A stretch of 63,004 bases of DNA, filler included, from Stramenopiles sp. TOSAG23-2 (Eukaryota), in the NCBI GenBank assembly GCA_900128395.1. It is 5 parts of 5 records of this genome, joined end to end, with 100 filler letters (N's around TTAATTAATTAA, not from the genome) between each part and the next. Parts side by side here need not be neighbours in the genome. Positions count along the whole stretch, not along the records: positions 37,891 to 50,399 come from LT649849.1; positions 50,500 to 63,004 come from LT649850.1; 3 more parts are not named here. One strand, 5' to 3'. A program made the position numbers and the translations under genes. The notes under the pieces are model-generated. The model ran no database searches. It was not told where the DNA came from and saw only the letters and a program-made list of their open reading frames with translations. Positions 42,701 to 51,794 of this stretch are shown piece after piece; position 1 is the stretch's first letter; the number at the start of each line of letters is the position of its first letter.

Positions 42701-43678
42701 GGTATGCATCATGCAAGACCTTTTAGTGCAAAGGCTAGGATACAAGCGAATACAGCATACAAGTCTCAACATCGGCATATCACTGGTGAAACATTAGCAA
42801 AAAAAATTAAAATTATATCCAAGTGGTCTGCGCATGATGAGGAAATCACTAGTATAACGTATTGTAGCATGAGAAAGCATTTGATCACTGGCTCTAGAGA
42901 TACTAGCGTATCTGTATGGACATTGCTTGGAGATCATATTGGTACATTTGGGCAACGCAACGGTTTTTTTAAACGTGGTGGTAAATATATAGCATGGGAT
43001 ATTGATAACAGAAAAACATGGAAGAATGTTATAACAAAATATGATACCAAAGTCGAAAAGGAAGATGAATTAGAAGGAAAGGGAGATGAGAAAATCGATG
43101 ATGATAATGATCTTACAAAGGTGGAAAGTCCAACTAGTGAGGAGGAGATACTGCTGATGGAAGACATGTTTGATAACAATGTTGGTGCTCCAAAGCTTCC
43201 TTCTATTGAAGAGAAAGAGGACATGAATAGTGACAAAGATTATAAGAATGTCAGTAATAAATTTGTCCCAATTCAGATATCAAAAGAAGATGAATTGAGA
43301 AGAGAACGGCAATTGGAAGAAGATTTGTACAAATTGAAGAAAATTAATCACTATAAGCGAATTTATGGCACGCATCATAAAATAAGTGCAGAAGATCAAT
43401 TATTCAATATGAAGCAAAGATATATGTCAAAAAGAAAGGATAATTTCAAAGGCGGTTGGCACGGTAGAGCTGGGAAAAATAATTCAGACATATGGATGCA
43501 ATTACATGTGCCAAGAGTTGTTGATATACCTCAAAATTTAGGTCGATTTATACATCGTCCAATACGCGAAGAACGTCTTGGAATTGGGACCTCTCGACGA
43601 AAGAAGAACAGTGCTGTTCGAGTAAAGAAGAAGAGGGAGGATATTATTGAGTGCAAAATAATATATCATAATTGTTAA
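39755..43678 (+). CDS. EF-hand + WD40 repeat protein (WDR49/EFCAB8/WDY-like, probably ciliary)
   Basis: Canonical EF loop DANGDGNLDWDE; many WD repeats (LSGHMAPV...VWDLR, TGADDGSCKIWNFSNGQCL, WSAHDEEI...SVWTL...IGTFGQ). Confidence 0.85.
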   Translation: MNSDKINIADLQQLNVSTLTTIRDAFNSAESLDMAEFVEVLKLAHEKEFQKLKDAIGANDLINADQIQDKKKRTSFKTHQTLHRVFQKIDANGDGNLDWDEFTNYLLLEEQGAVNLREALEKTEIALQDFPEPSMNAGRYHRESINAILKLTKEQEYLTCSGDGVLRVWRENDLHFQRATRVGIRVTHAVLLTRSKKIAVSAIDRSIRFFDALTLERSGAILHLPSVVTTLGYYHSEQKEKHNIEMLFAGDDQGFLNTFTLSVNEFWHVGTVESYIDLADFPNLTHGVKYDGEWIHDEWITQIKFYEDLDDLVTSSMDGTLAFVDLDRNRQIWNNGNKNGILTNFDDEFNNTFANEKNKKNIKPKSSRIVRRFTVHSKAVHSFIYCPLAKCIASSGLSRDILIWNAHSMGILAKLSGHMAPVTALVLHENQDNTTKDRNQLVSLSTDKVFKVWDLRTYQNLQTIIDNSLYRPENRISSFFFDIKNRRYDAPCLVTGTNRLTLWPIVKTSTESVGTTHSAPIAGAMYNKTFDQVITGALDGSIDVWDYSTGNIVFKFDKAHNMAKMTCMCLDFNQRRLVTGADDGSCKIWNFSNGQCLQRFGGSQSPQELTSVVFACEHPKRSAAAEESNTFGFSKVGNNNGNNDSDSSNNDKNTDDSMKYILTAGWERRVFVYKEGSSDTVLQPFSHCMPPLSYIEKQNILNAGGKARKMYKMRPRARQVRPRSAHVQRRFGNNARLKNHPLMMKRAINAGPRPVSAAPMRRREKNIKSEKSYSTTAHMDDITCICHCPPRMVASGGADGYVILWSLESGHRKWKQKAIDSHHHHHQVFDKLSRGNKSKSKKSMPGSVEVLVYHEKLSTLISTGTDSQIRFWNVHVGNMLAVIDGDQSSTITSMILPTPNPLNNTYMFAGDSSGQIIIWHGDIDSVPALHERNVNGAKKFSDNSNIIHQSFIPQRPGTSLGGVMTHNNSQFKQPVRPNSAGIGMHHARPFSAKARIQANTAYKSQHRHITGETLAKKIKIISKWSAHDEEITSITYCSMRKHLITGSRDTSVSVWTLLGDHIGTFGQRNGFFKRGGKYIAWDIDNRKTWKNVITKYDTKVEKEDELEGKGDEKIDDDNDLTKVESPTSEEEILLMEDMFDNNVGAPKLPSIEEKEDMNSDKDYKNVSNKFVPIQISKEDELRRERQLEEDLYKLKKINHYKRIYGTHHKISAEDQLFNMKQRYMSKRKDNFKGGWHGRAGKNNSDIWMQLHVPRVVDIPQNLGRFIHRPIREERLGIGTSRRKKNSAVRVKKKREDIIECKIIYHNC

Positions 43679-44085
43679 TTATACTATATAGTAGGATATA
43701 TTGAATATTATTCCTCTGAGATAGAGTATTGAGCATGTTATTTACCGCACGGGAAGTAAAGTTATTATATATATACATGTGTGTAAAGAGAAAATTTTTA
43801 TACTCGTGTATATAACTTAATAGAGATTTCAACCATCATTAATTTTTTATAAAAATTGTGTTATTAAAATATAAATATCATAATGTAATTATCATAAAAT
43901 ACGAGCGTATAAATGAACATACATATAGTGTGTGACATAATACCTGGAATTCTTAAGAATAGTCGTACTAGTAGTCGTATAGTCGTAGTATATCTAGTTG
44001 ATAATTATATTAATGACCTTAAATTTAATGGTTAAAATGTTAAAATCTTAAGTTTGTATGCATTGAAAAGCATTATACAACATCT

Positions 44086-44129
44086 TTAACACGAGAAGTG
44101 TAAAAATATTATAACTTAGATTTTAACCA
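44086..44129. repeat. Dispersed ~45-nt motif, copy 2 (immediately 3' of the toxin-like gene)
   Basis: TTAACACGAGAAGTGTAAAAATATTATAACTTAGATTTTAACCA; bracketed by the 13-bp direct repeat TATACAACATCTT (44074-44086, 44137-44149). Confidence 0.88.
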
Positions 44130-44133
44130 ATAT

Positions 44134-46827
44134 TTATATACAACATCTTACATAATGTGGGCCTGGGCATAGGCCTGGTAGAAACTGTTTATCGCCACTA
44201 CTAGCAACACATTTAGATCGCGTAGTACAAATTCCAGCACCATTCTTACCACATCTTTTCTTAATACAACATTTTGTATGGCGGTCCCCATTGCTGCAAA
44301 AACCATGTATTATATGGCCGCCAGCACATTGATTTGACATTCCCCTTGTTATTTTTACACATGTACCATATGTATTTGCATCTAAACCATACCATTTTTT
44401 AGCATCGCATGCATTTTCCATTATTTTACCTATCTCTGCATCATTTATCTCTGCGTCATTTTCAGTGCGCTTATCGCTACTTTTCTTCTTGGCTCGACCT
44501 GTTCTTGGGTCAAGCTGAATTCGTTGAGCAAGTCCACGAGCTTGCAACGTTGGTAAATGACGTACAGCACCAGGTAAATAATCAAACCCCTTTCCTGCGC
44601 CTCTAAATTTTCCTATTTTCTCAACTTTACCAAGACCTGGTATATCCCATGGCTTCGATATAAAAATTTGTTTGCCTTGTCCAACATATTTTCCTCCCTG
44701 TGCAGCGACATATCCTTCAAACATTTTCGTTCCTGCGGGAATTTCCACTTTATATACAGCATCAATATTGCTCCATTCCGTCTTTACGGCTGCATTGTAA
44801 CGTACTTCAAATCTATTTTTAGGAGGCGTCCGAGTCCAAAATTGCCCTAATGCACGATCATCGGGTCCTGCTCTATACAGGGTTATGGGTTCGTCCAATA
44901 CGATTGTGTTGTACTCTCCATTATGGAAGCTTTCTGCGTTATTTTTTGCGCCTTGGAGTTCTTTTTTGTATTCCTCTGCACTTAATTTGTCTTTCTTAGC
45001 TTTGGCGTCATCTAGTATTGGGTTTCTTCCAGGAGGTCCATTTTCTGCTGCATCGCATGAAAATTTATTCTTCTTCATTAAATCTGCAGCTTCATCCATA
45101 TCTTTTATTGGATTGTCAACACCTCCAAGTCTCTTAGTAGATTTATAATAATCATCTGTATGTGATACATGGCCAAACTTTGGATTTGATGTTGGCGGTA
45201 ACGATTTTGCACCATTAACTGATGCTTGCTTTGCACCACTCTTAAAATTTTTAAATACTTTGGTTAATTTCGTGCCGGTTTTGTGTTTAGCACTTACTGC
45301 AGCAATTTTCAATACACGTATATCATGTACCATATCATTGCTCCATGACACTTTAAATTTCTTTCCATTTGATCCAGTAGTTTTACTTCCTGATGCAGCT
45401 GCTTTCACTTTCGATGGGTTCTTTAATCCAAAGTCGAGAACATCTCCAATCGCGCCCATCAAAACAACTTCTGTTAAACAACCAGCAATTCCAAATGATT
45501 TTTCAACAATGGTTTCTTTGCAATCTTTGGAACATTTATTTCGTTTAAGCAAACCAATATTTTTGGATAACGATTTAATTAAATGTTTTAAATGATGAAA
45601 TGAGAAATACAATCCAACAATCGCACCGACCCATTTTATAATTAATGGAACGACTACTAAACCAGCTGCAAGAAATGCAACATTTGCAGCTATTGCCGCT
45701 CCTATTATGCCCAATGTTATTGCAATCATTTTTGTTGCTGGACATTTCCAAAGGCCGACCGCAACACTGCCAAGAAAATTTAAAAATGAACGTAAGACAC
45801 CTTTAATGGCACGTAAAATATGTTTTCTGCTCTCGGAGCTAGTCAAAATTGATTTTGCCGTACGTTTCACTGTGTGCAACAAGTGCTTAAATGAATGAAT
45901 GATTGATTTTAAACCAGCGCTAAAATCATCCTTTAATTGTGCACAATTCTCATCATTTTTCCAAGGTTCGTTAAAATCAGATAACATTCCACCTAGAAAA
46001 CCATCTACGAAACCAAATACGGCAGCAAATCCAGCACCTGTGACTGTCATAGCTTTTCCCATATCACGTGTATCATCAAGTGCTGCAGACATAGAGGTTG
46101 GAAACTCTAATGTATGTACACATTCACAATTGTTAATGTTATCGGTATTGCATTGGCATAATCCTTTACATGGATTTGATGGGTCAGATTTACATTCTTC
46201 ATTACCAGCACATGTAGTGAAAGTAGTTGTTTTCACACAACTGCCATATGCACGTTTTTTCTTTGAACTTTCGTCGGTTGCTGCTCCATATACATAGTTT
46301 GCAGCAGCAAGAGTTTTTTGTTTAGTATATTTTGCAGCAGCAAGAGTTTTTTGTTTAGTATATTTATATGCTTTTTTTAAATATCCATATTTTCTTTCCG
46401 ATTCAATAAAAGTGGTATCAAATGTATTAGCATCATGATCATACTCTTTGTTGGTTTCAAATAATGACGTCAATTCACTCAGTGGTTCCGTTGCTTTGAC
46501 TAAAATATTAGTTATCTCTTCTTGATGTTTTTCCAACTCAAAATTATCTTTATTTACAGGCGTAAAAGCATTTACTTCCAAAAATACTGGACTTTCTTTG
46601 AAGTTTAATTGTTCCTTCAAATTGGCTTTTATCTCCTGTATCTCGCTAAGAGTCAATTGCACTTTTTCACTATTATCATTTTTTATCTGTACGTCTTCTT
46701 CATCCAGTAAATGATTATTATTATTGATATAACTTAAATGGTGTTGTATGGTATTTCGTACCTCAATTGCTGTTGAGGAAATAATTAATATTAATAACAA
46801 TGTTGCATGGAAAGTTTGTCGCTTCAT
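44134..46827 (-). CDS. Secreted multidomain protein with a polymorphic-toxin-like (TNT/ART-fold, putative NADase) domain and C-terminal Cys-rich repeats
   Basis: Signal peptide; small Cys-rich domain; hydrophobic Gly/Ala-rich helices; domain AESFHNGEY..LDEPITLYRAG..GQFWTRTPP..RYNAAV..W.N..VYKVEIPAGTKMFEGYVAAQGG..G.GKQIFI; two GxC...C...GxC...CC repeats ending GLCPGPHYVRCCI. Confidence 0.72.
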   Translation of the reverse strand: MKRQTFHATLLLILIISSTAIEVRNTIQHHLSYINNNNHLLDEEDVQIKNDNSEKVQLTLSEIQEIKANLKEQLNFKESPVFLEVNAFTPVNKDNFELEKHQEEITNILVKATEPLSELTSLFETNKEYDHDANTFDTTFIESERKYGYLKKAYKYTKQKTLAAAKYTKQKTLAAANYVYGAATDESSKKKRAYGSCVKTTTFTTCAGNEECKSDPSNPCKGLCQCNTDNINNCECVHTLEFPTSMSAALDDTRDMGKAMTVTGAGFAAVFGFVDGFLGGMLSDFNEPWKNDENCAQLKDDFSAGLKSIIHSFKHLLHTVKRTAKSILTSSESRKHILRAIKGVLRSFLNFLGSVAVGLWKCPATKMIAITLGIIGAAIAANVAFLAAGLVVVPLIIKWVGAIVGLYFSFHHLKHLIKSLSKNIGLLKRNKCSKDCKETIVEKSFGIAGCLTEVVLMGAIGDVLDFGLKNPSKVKAAASGSKTTGSNGKKFKVSWSNDMVHDIRVLKIAAVSAKHKTGTKLTKVFKNFKSGAKQASVNGAKSLPPTSNPKFGHVSHTDDYYKSTKRLGGVDNPIKDMDEAADLMKKNKFSCDAAENGPPGRNPILDDAKAKKDKLSAEEYKKELQGAKNNAESFHNGEYNTIVLDEPITLYRAGPDDRALGQFWTRTPPKNRFEVRYNAAVKTEWSNIDAVYKVEIPAGTKMFEGYVAAQGGKYVGQGKQIFISKPWDIPGLGKVEKIGKFRGAGKGFDYLPGAVRHLPTLQARGLAQRIQLDPRTGRAKKKSSDKRTENDAEINDAEIGKIMENACDAKKWYGLDANTYGTCVKITRGMSNQCAGGHIIHGFCSNGDRHTKCCIKKRCGKNGAGICTTRSKCVASSGDKQFLPGLCPGPHYVRCCI

Positions 46828-47408
46828 TTTGTATATTTATATGTATATATATATATATATAAGTAGTATTATGTCTTTCTTTCTCTGGGTATATATATAT
46901 TCCAATTAAATAACGATTCACAACATGAATATGAATTATTAAACATTTAATGAAGACAAAGTGTGGTAACAATTTATAAATGGATATTATACATTTTCAT
47001 TCTTTCTTCCTTTCCCCCCTTCTTTATTTCATTTATTACTATCAGCTTTTCGTCACTCCTGGCACCTTCATATGGCGGCTCGTGCGCTCGTCAAAAAATC
47101 TCTCTTTATAATGCTATCTCCCACTATTCGCACGCTGGTTGTTGAAATTACGGTCACCTTATTTACAACTTTTAACTTGGCCCAGCTGGCCAAACAAAAT
47201 ATTATTAAGAATTTGTAAGATGAAACAATTGCCAAGACGCGAAAACATGCAATATTATATATGAGTAAGAGAACATTTTATATAAAATATAAAAATATAT
47301 TTTTTTTATAAAAAATTAATATTTATAATACTGGTAATTTAAATACGAACTTCGTATGATACGAATTAATAGAGCGTGTACTTTTAAAGTCCTGTTCTTT
47401 CTTTTTTT

Positions 47409-50207
47409 TTACCAATTTTCTAATTGTACCCGTTTCTTCAATTCTGAACTCACTTGTCGCTTGCCTTGTTCTACAGCTAAGTCAGTTATAGCGTTATTAT
47501 ACTTAATTGAAGCTTTTTGCTCCTCGATATTGTATTTTAAGCGATCTGTTTGTATCTGGGCTAATTGCAATTGGTATGGTATTGCTCTTTCTCTGGTACT
47601 TGGACGATATGAAGCCTCACTTAATCTACTTTCAATTTGATTACGACGATGTTCGTCCTCTCTATATTCTCTAGTAGCATCGCTCCAACTAAATCTTGGT
47701 ATTTCTATCATATCATTGGCACTATTATCCAAATGCATCATGCCCATTGATGATGCAGTATATACTCGCTCTGACGTTTGTGCCGTTGATGGCAAAGATG
47801 GCAATATAGACGGGTCCCATTCACTGGAGCCCCCTGTATAATTTGCAGTTCTATTGCCTGTATTACCGCGTATATTTATGCCACTATACGTATTATTTCC
47901 TCCACTACCACCACTTGAAGCGATGACACCACCACCTTGTCGTAATACTTGCTCAGACATGTTGAAACTATTTGGAACAGACAATAAACTTCCTTCCATA
48001 CTCTGTGGGGTATGAGTTTTTTGAAATTGTATCCCACTACGCACTTGTCCTAGTTCACTCACTCCAAATCCTAATTGCCGAGCAGTTGTATATGCTTCGG
48101 TAGCATCTTTGGTCTGTGTATAATTCGCTAAAAGGAAAGGTGGAGGAAATTGTGCCTTTTTCAGCAACTTCCAATCAATACTATTAAAAAATTCATGGCC
48201 CTGTAAACCTCTTGGTCCACCTTCACTATTATGTCCCAAACGCCTCTTTGGCTCTTTTGCTAAAAGTCCTTTGCAACAACTTTTCGTTGCCTCTGAAAAA
48301 TTCATTAATTGTGGCATTTCCACGTTATCGTTTATTATGGCACTAAATAGCTCTGTTGCGTTTTCACCATTGAATGGTGTCTTGCCACATAACATTTCAT
48401 ACATCATTACTCCTACAGCCCAATAATCTATTGTTCTACCATAGCATTCACCTTTAATCACTTCAGGGGCAAGATATTGTGGCGTGCCAACGACTTCGTT
48501 TGCGATACCAGTATGCCGAGGTAATGATAGTTCTAGACCACTAATCAAAATATGACCTTTCGAGGTCAACAATATGTTTTCTAATTTTAAATCACGATGT
48601 ATTATCCCACGTTTATGCAAATGGTGTATGCCAGTTAAAATTTCTGCTGTGTAAAATCGTACATGTTTCGCTGGAAACGTTCCACTTTTGCCTCGTAGCT
48701 GTATTAGGTCTTTTAAATTGCCTCCAGGCGCACTTTGTAATACTAATACAACTTCTTTTGGGCTAGTTAAAACAGCACGAAGCTTTTGTACAAAAACAGA
48801 TGACGAGATATTTTGTGCATTTCGCAAACTTTTACATTCTGTCATTAACTTGTCTCTTACAATTTTATCGCGAAGCAATGCTGAACGTCGAAATCTTTTT
48901 AATAATACCATAGCACCAACTTGACCCTTTTTCCACTCACTAGCTACATGTAGCTGTACTGCACCATCGTGGGTTGTTATAGGTCTTGCATTTTGCGCAA
49001 TAGGGTTAGATTTAAACGAGAAGGCGAACATGTTTTCCAATGACGTGTTCATTTCTTCTGCATGTTGTTCTTCTTCAAAATTATACAGTTTTTCAGCAAT
49101 AATTTGTAACTTTTCCATTTCAGTCAGTTTTCTTTTCTTTTTCTTATTTTTTTTCCTCATTGTTATTAATGGATTATCGACTTTAATTGCAGTATATGTG
49201 TTCCAAGTATTATTCCAGGATTCTGCCATTGTTTTCATAGGCATGTCATTATTTTTTGTAATAGTTTCTCTCTTAGATCGTGTATTTAGTGTAAAAGCCG
49301 CTGGAGTCCCATATGAACTGTAACTTGTCTTGCTACTGCCTCCAGTATTATTACGTTGCATCGAAGGTATGGTTTGGCTACTATTTGCGGACATTTGGCG
49401 CAATAATGTTTCCATACCTTCGCTTTCAATCGCTCCAATAGTGGTTGGAAATTTTGGTTGATTTTGAGCATCGATTCTGCCTAAAATGTTTACGCTAGTT
49501 TGTTCTGATTCTGGTTCATATTGTTTAGTTTTCTCACGTGATTTAGATTTATATAATTTGGGATAAATTGACTTAGATGGTGAACGATACTTATAACTAG
49601 GTGTCTTTGCACCTTCGTTTCGTTTAGGTGATTTTCTCTTAGGTCGCTTTGTTAAATTTGGTGCTCCTTCCATTACTTTCTTTTTATCTAACCAAAATGC
49701 GGTCGGATCATCATTCATAATTACCCTACCACCACTGCCTTTGCCTTCAAGTTTATCCATAGCTCCTTTTTTCTTCTTACCAGGTGCCAATCCACTTAAA
49801 TTTACTTTTCGCGCTATCTTAGACCCATGTGTCATAACATTTTTTGGAAATCCGACGTTTGTTTTGCCTTTCTTTTCTGCTCGTTTTTCGACTCTATCCT
49901 TTCGTTGGTCATCCAGCGCCTTCAATGCCAAATCAAATTCATCAAAAGTAACTTCATTATCCCCGTCTTTATCTACATATCCTATAATTTCTTCCATGAC
50001 TCCAACATCTAGTTCTGCATTAGGCACGTATGGTTGTAAACCAACTCTTAACTCTTCAGCGGATAGCAAACCATTTCCGTCAGTATCCATAGCTTTAAAC
50101 ATAAATCTTACTGTCATTCTATTTTTTTTAATGGCTTTCCTCAACTTGGCAGTCAATTTCTTGAGAGTTCTGGAAACCTTTGGATTCCCATTGTTATTTT
50201 TATCCAT
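47409..50207 (-). CDS. EF-hand pair + AGC-type (pseudo)kinase
   Basis: EF loops DTDGNGLLSAEE and DKDGDNEVTFDE; HRDLKLENILL, GTPQYLAPE, DYWAVG, HEFFNSIDW...PPF. DFG is replaced by SGL and the beta3 AMK by AMV. Confidence 0.85.
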   Translation of the reverse strand: MDKNNNGNPKVSRTLKKLTAKLRKAIKKNRMTVRFMFKAMDTDGNGLLSAEELRVGLQPYVPNAELDVGVMEEIIGYVDKDGDNEVTFDEFDLALKALDDQRKDRVEKRAEKKGKTNVGFPKNVMTHGSKIARKVNLSGLAPGKKKKGAMDKLEGKGSGGRVIMNDDPTAFWLDKKKVMEGAPNLTKRPKRKSPKRNEGAKTPSYKYRSPSKSIYPKLYKSKSREKTKQYEPESEQTSVNILGRIDAQNQPKFPTTIGAIESEGMETLLRQMSANSSQTIPSMQRNNTGGSSKTSYSSYGTPAAFTLNTRSKRETITKNNDMPMKTMAESWNNTWNTYTAIKVDNPLITMRKKNKKKKRKLTEMEKLQIIAEKLYNFEEEQHAEEMNTSLENMFAFSFKSNPIAQNARPITTHDGAVQLHVASEWKKGQVGAMVLLKRFRRSALLRDKIVRDKLMTECKSLRNAQNISSSVFVQKLRAVLTSPKEVVLVLQSAPGGNLKDLIQLRGKSGTFPAKHVRFYTAEILTGIHHLHKRGIIHRDLKLENILLTSKGHILISGLELSLPRHTGIANEVVGTPQYLAPEVIKGECYGRTIDYWAVGVMMYEMLCGKTPFNGENATELFSAIINDNVEMPQLMNFSEATKSCCKGLLAKEPKRRLGHNSEGGPRGLQGHEFFNSIDWKLLKKAQFPPPFLLANYTQTKDATEAYTTARQLGFGVSELGQVRSGIQFQKTHTPQSMEGSLLSVPNSFNMSEQVLRQGGGVIASSGGSGGNNTYSGINIRGNTGNRTANYTGGSSEWDPSILPSLPSTAQTSERVYTASSMGMMHLDNSANDMIEIPRFSWSDATREYREDEHRRNQIESRLSEASYRPSTRERAIPYQLQLAQIQTDRLKYNIEEQKASIKYNNAITDLAVEQGKRQVSSELKKRVQLENW

Positions 50208-50399
50208 AGTGATTTACAAAAAAAAAACGGTGGTTGGTTTGATATCATGTATCTTAATAAATTGTGTATGTGTGTGTGTTGTGTGTGTATTTACCTTCTT
50301 CTTCTGTTGTTTAGTTGGATAAAGTCTGAAATACTAAATAAATTATAAATAATAGTATTATTGCCAGGTGATGATTGCACGATTGCCTGAGAGAAGAAT

Positions 50400-50499
50400 N
50401 NNNNNNNNNNNNNNNNNNNNNNNNNNNNNNNNNNNNNNNNNNNTTAATTAATTAANNNNNNNNNNNNNNNNNNNNNNNNNNNNNNNNNNNNNNNNNNNN
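50400..50499. other. Artificial contig spacer (44N-TTAATTAATTAA-44N)
   Basis: Same construct as at 12557. Confidence 0.97.
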
Positions 50500-51794
50500 G
50501 TATATATATATATATTTATTTTAGAAATTAGGCAAAAAAATTAATAATTATATTCCCCCCCATGTTTATTATATTTTTTCGTGTTTTTTCACTTTCGTGA
50601 GAATCACTTTCCTATCATAATTTATATATACTAACAAGTACAATGACATTCCACCAAAACTGAAAGCATATATATGTACTCTGTAAATACAGTATACCAG
50701 GTATGGTGCAGAGTGCAGAGAGAAAATGTGGAAGGATGGTTTTGTGATTTATTTTTTAAAAAACAAATATTTTTAAATTAAAATGTACAAAAAATAAATA
50801 TTGTGTTCTTTTGATAAATTATATACTATTATAAATATATATCATATATATATCATACGTATATAATAATAAAACAACCTGTGGAAACTCTACTCTAAAC
50901 GTGATGTAGCACGACCATCATGATTGAATTAGTTTAATATATATATATTTGTTGGTGTACTAATAGAATGTACCTCTCTGTATGTATGTTGTTATGCTTT
51001 TACTTATTTATTGTATACTGTGAATATTGAATGAAACTTCCATATTAAAAATATTCTTGTTGTACATGTACATCTTTGTAAAACATATACACGTGCCCAT
51101 GTATATATATATATTTTAATAAATATGTAAAACGACTGATATGCGGGTGTGGTTAAATATAACGTCTCAAATTGATCCAGGATTTAAAGTACAATTATTA
51201 GACTATTAAATGAACAATTGAAATGAGATAAATAATTCAATCTTTAATAGTTTTGATTGAAAATTATTTGATAGGGAATTTAAATGTAGCCCGTCATCAC
51301 GTCATCATTTATCATTTATCATTTTGATTTTTATTTGTACTTTTGTAGTCTAACTAGCTCTATCAAAACAGAAATCCGTAATGCTGTGACGGTCTATTAG
51401 GTGTTTATGGTGTGTGCCTGCTATGCTATTGTTTAAGGTAAACAATCCTGATCAAAAAAAGTGCACAAGGCAGCAAGCAGAGAGAAACACAAGTCTTACT
51501 TTTACAGTACCTTAACCTGGTATAGGGCAAGCCTGGCAAGACACATAATTGTCAAATTGGCAGTTAAAATAATAAATAAATATTGAATTTATTTTTTGAA
51601 TTACATTTTTGTGTTTGCAAAAGGTAAAGTAGAAAAGAGACGAAGGGGAAGAGAAAGAATTTTAAGAACATTAATATATTATATTAATATATATATACAC
51701 GGTATACGAATAAAATTAACATCAATAATATAAAAATTGAAATAGATACACCATATAAATTATATATAATATATATATATATACCTAAATAAAT

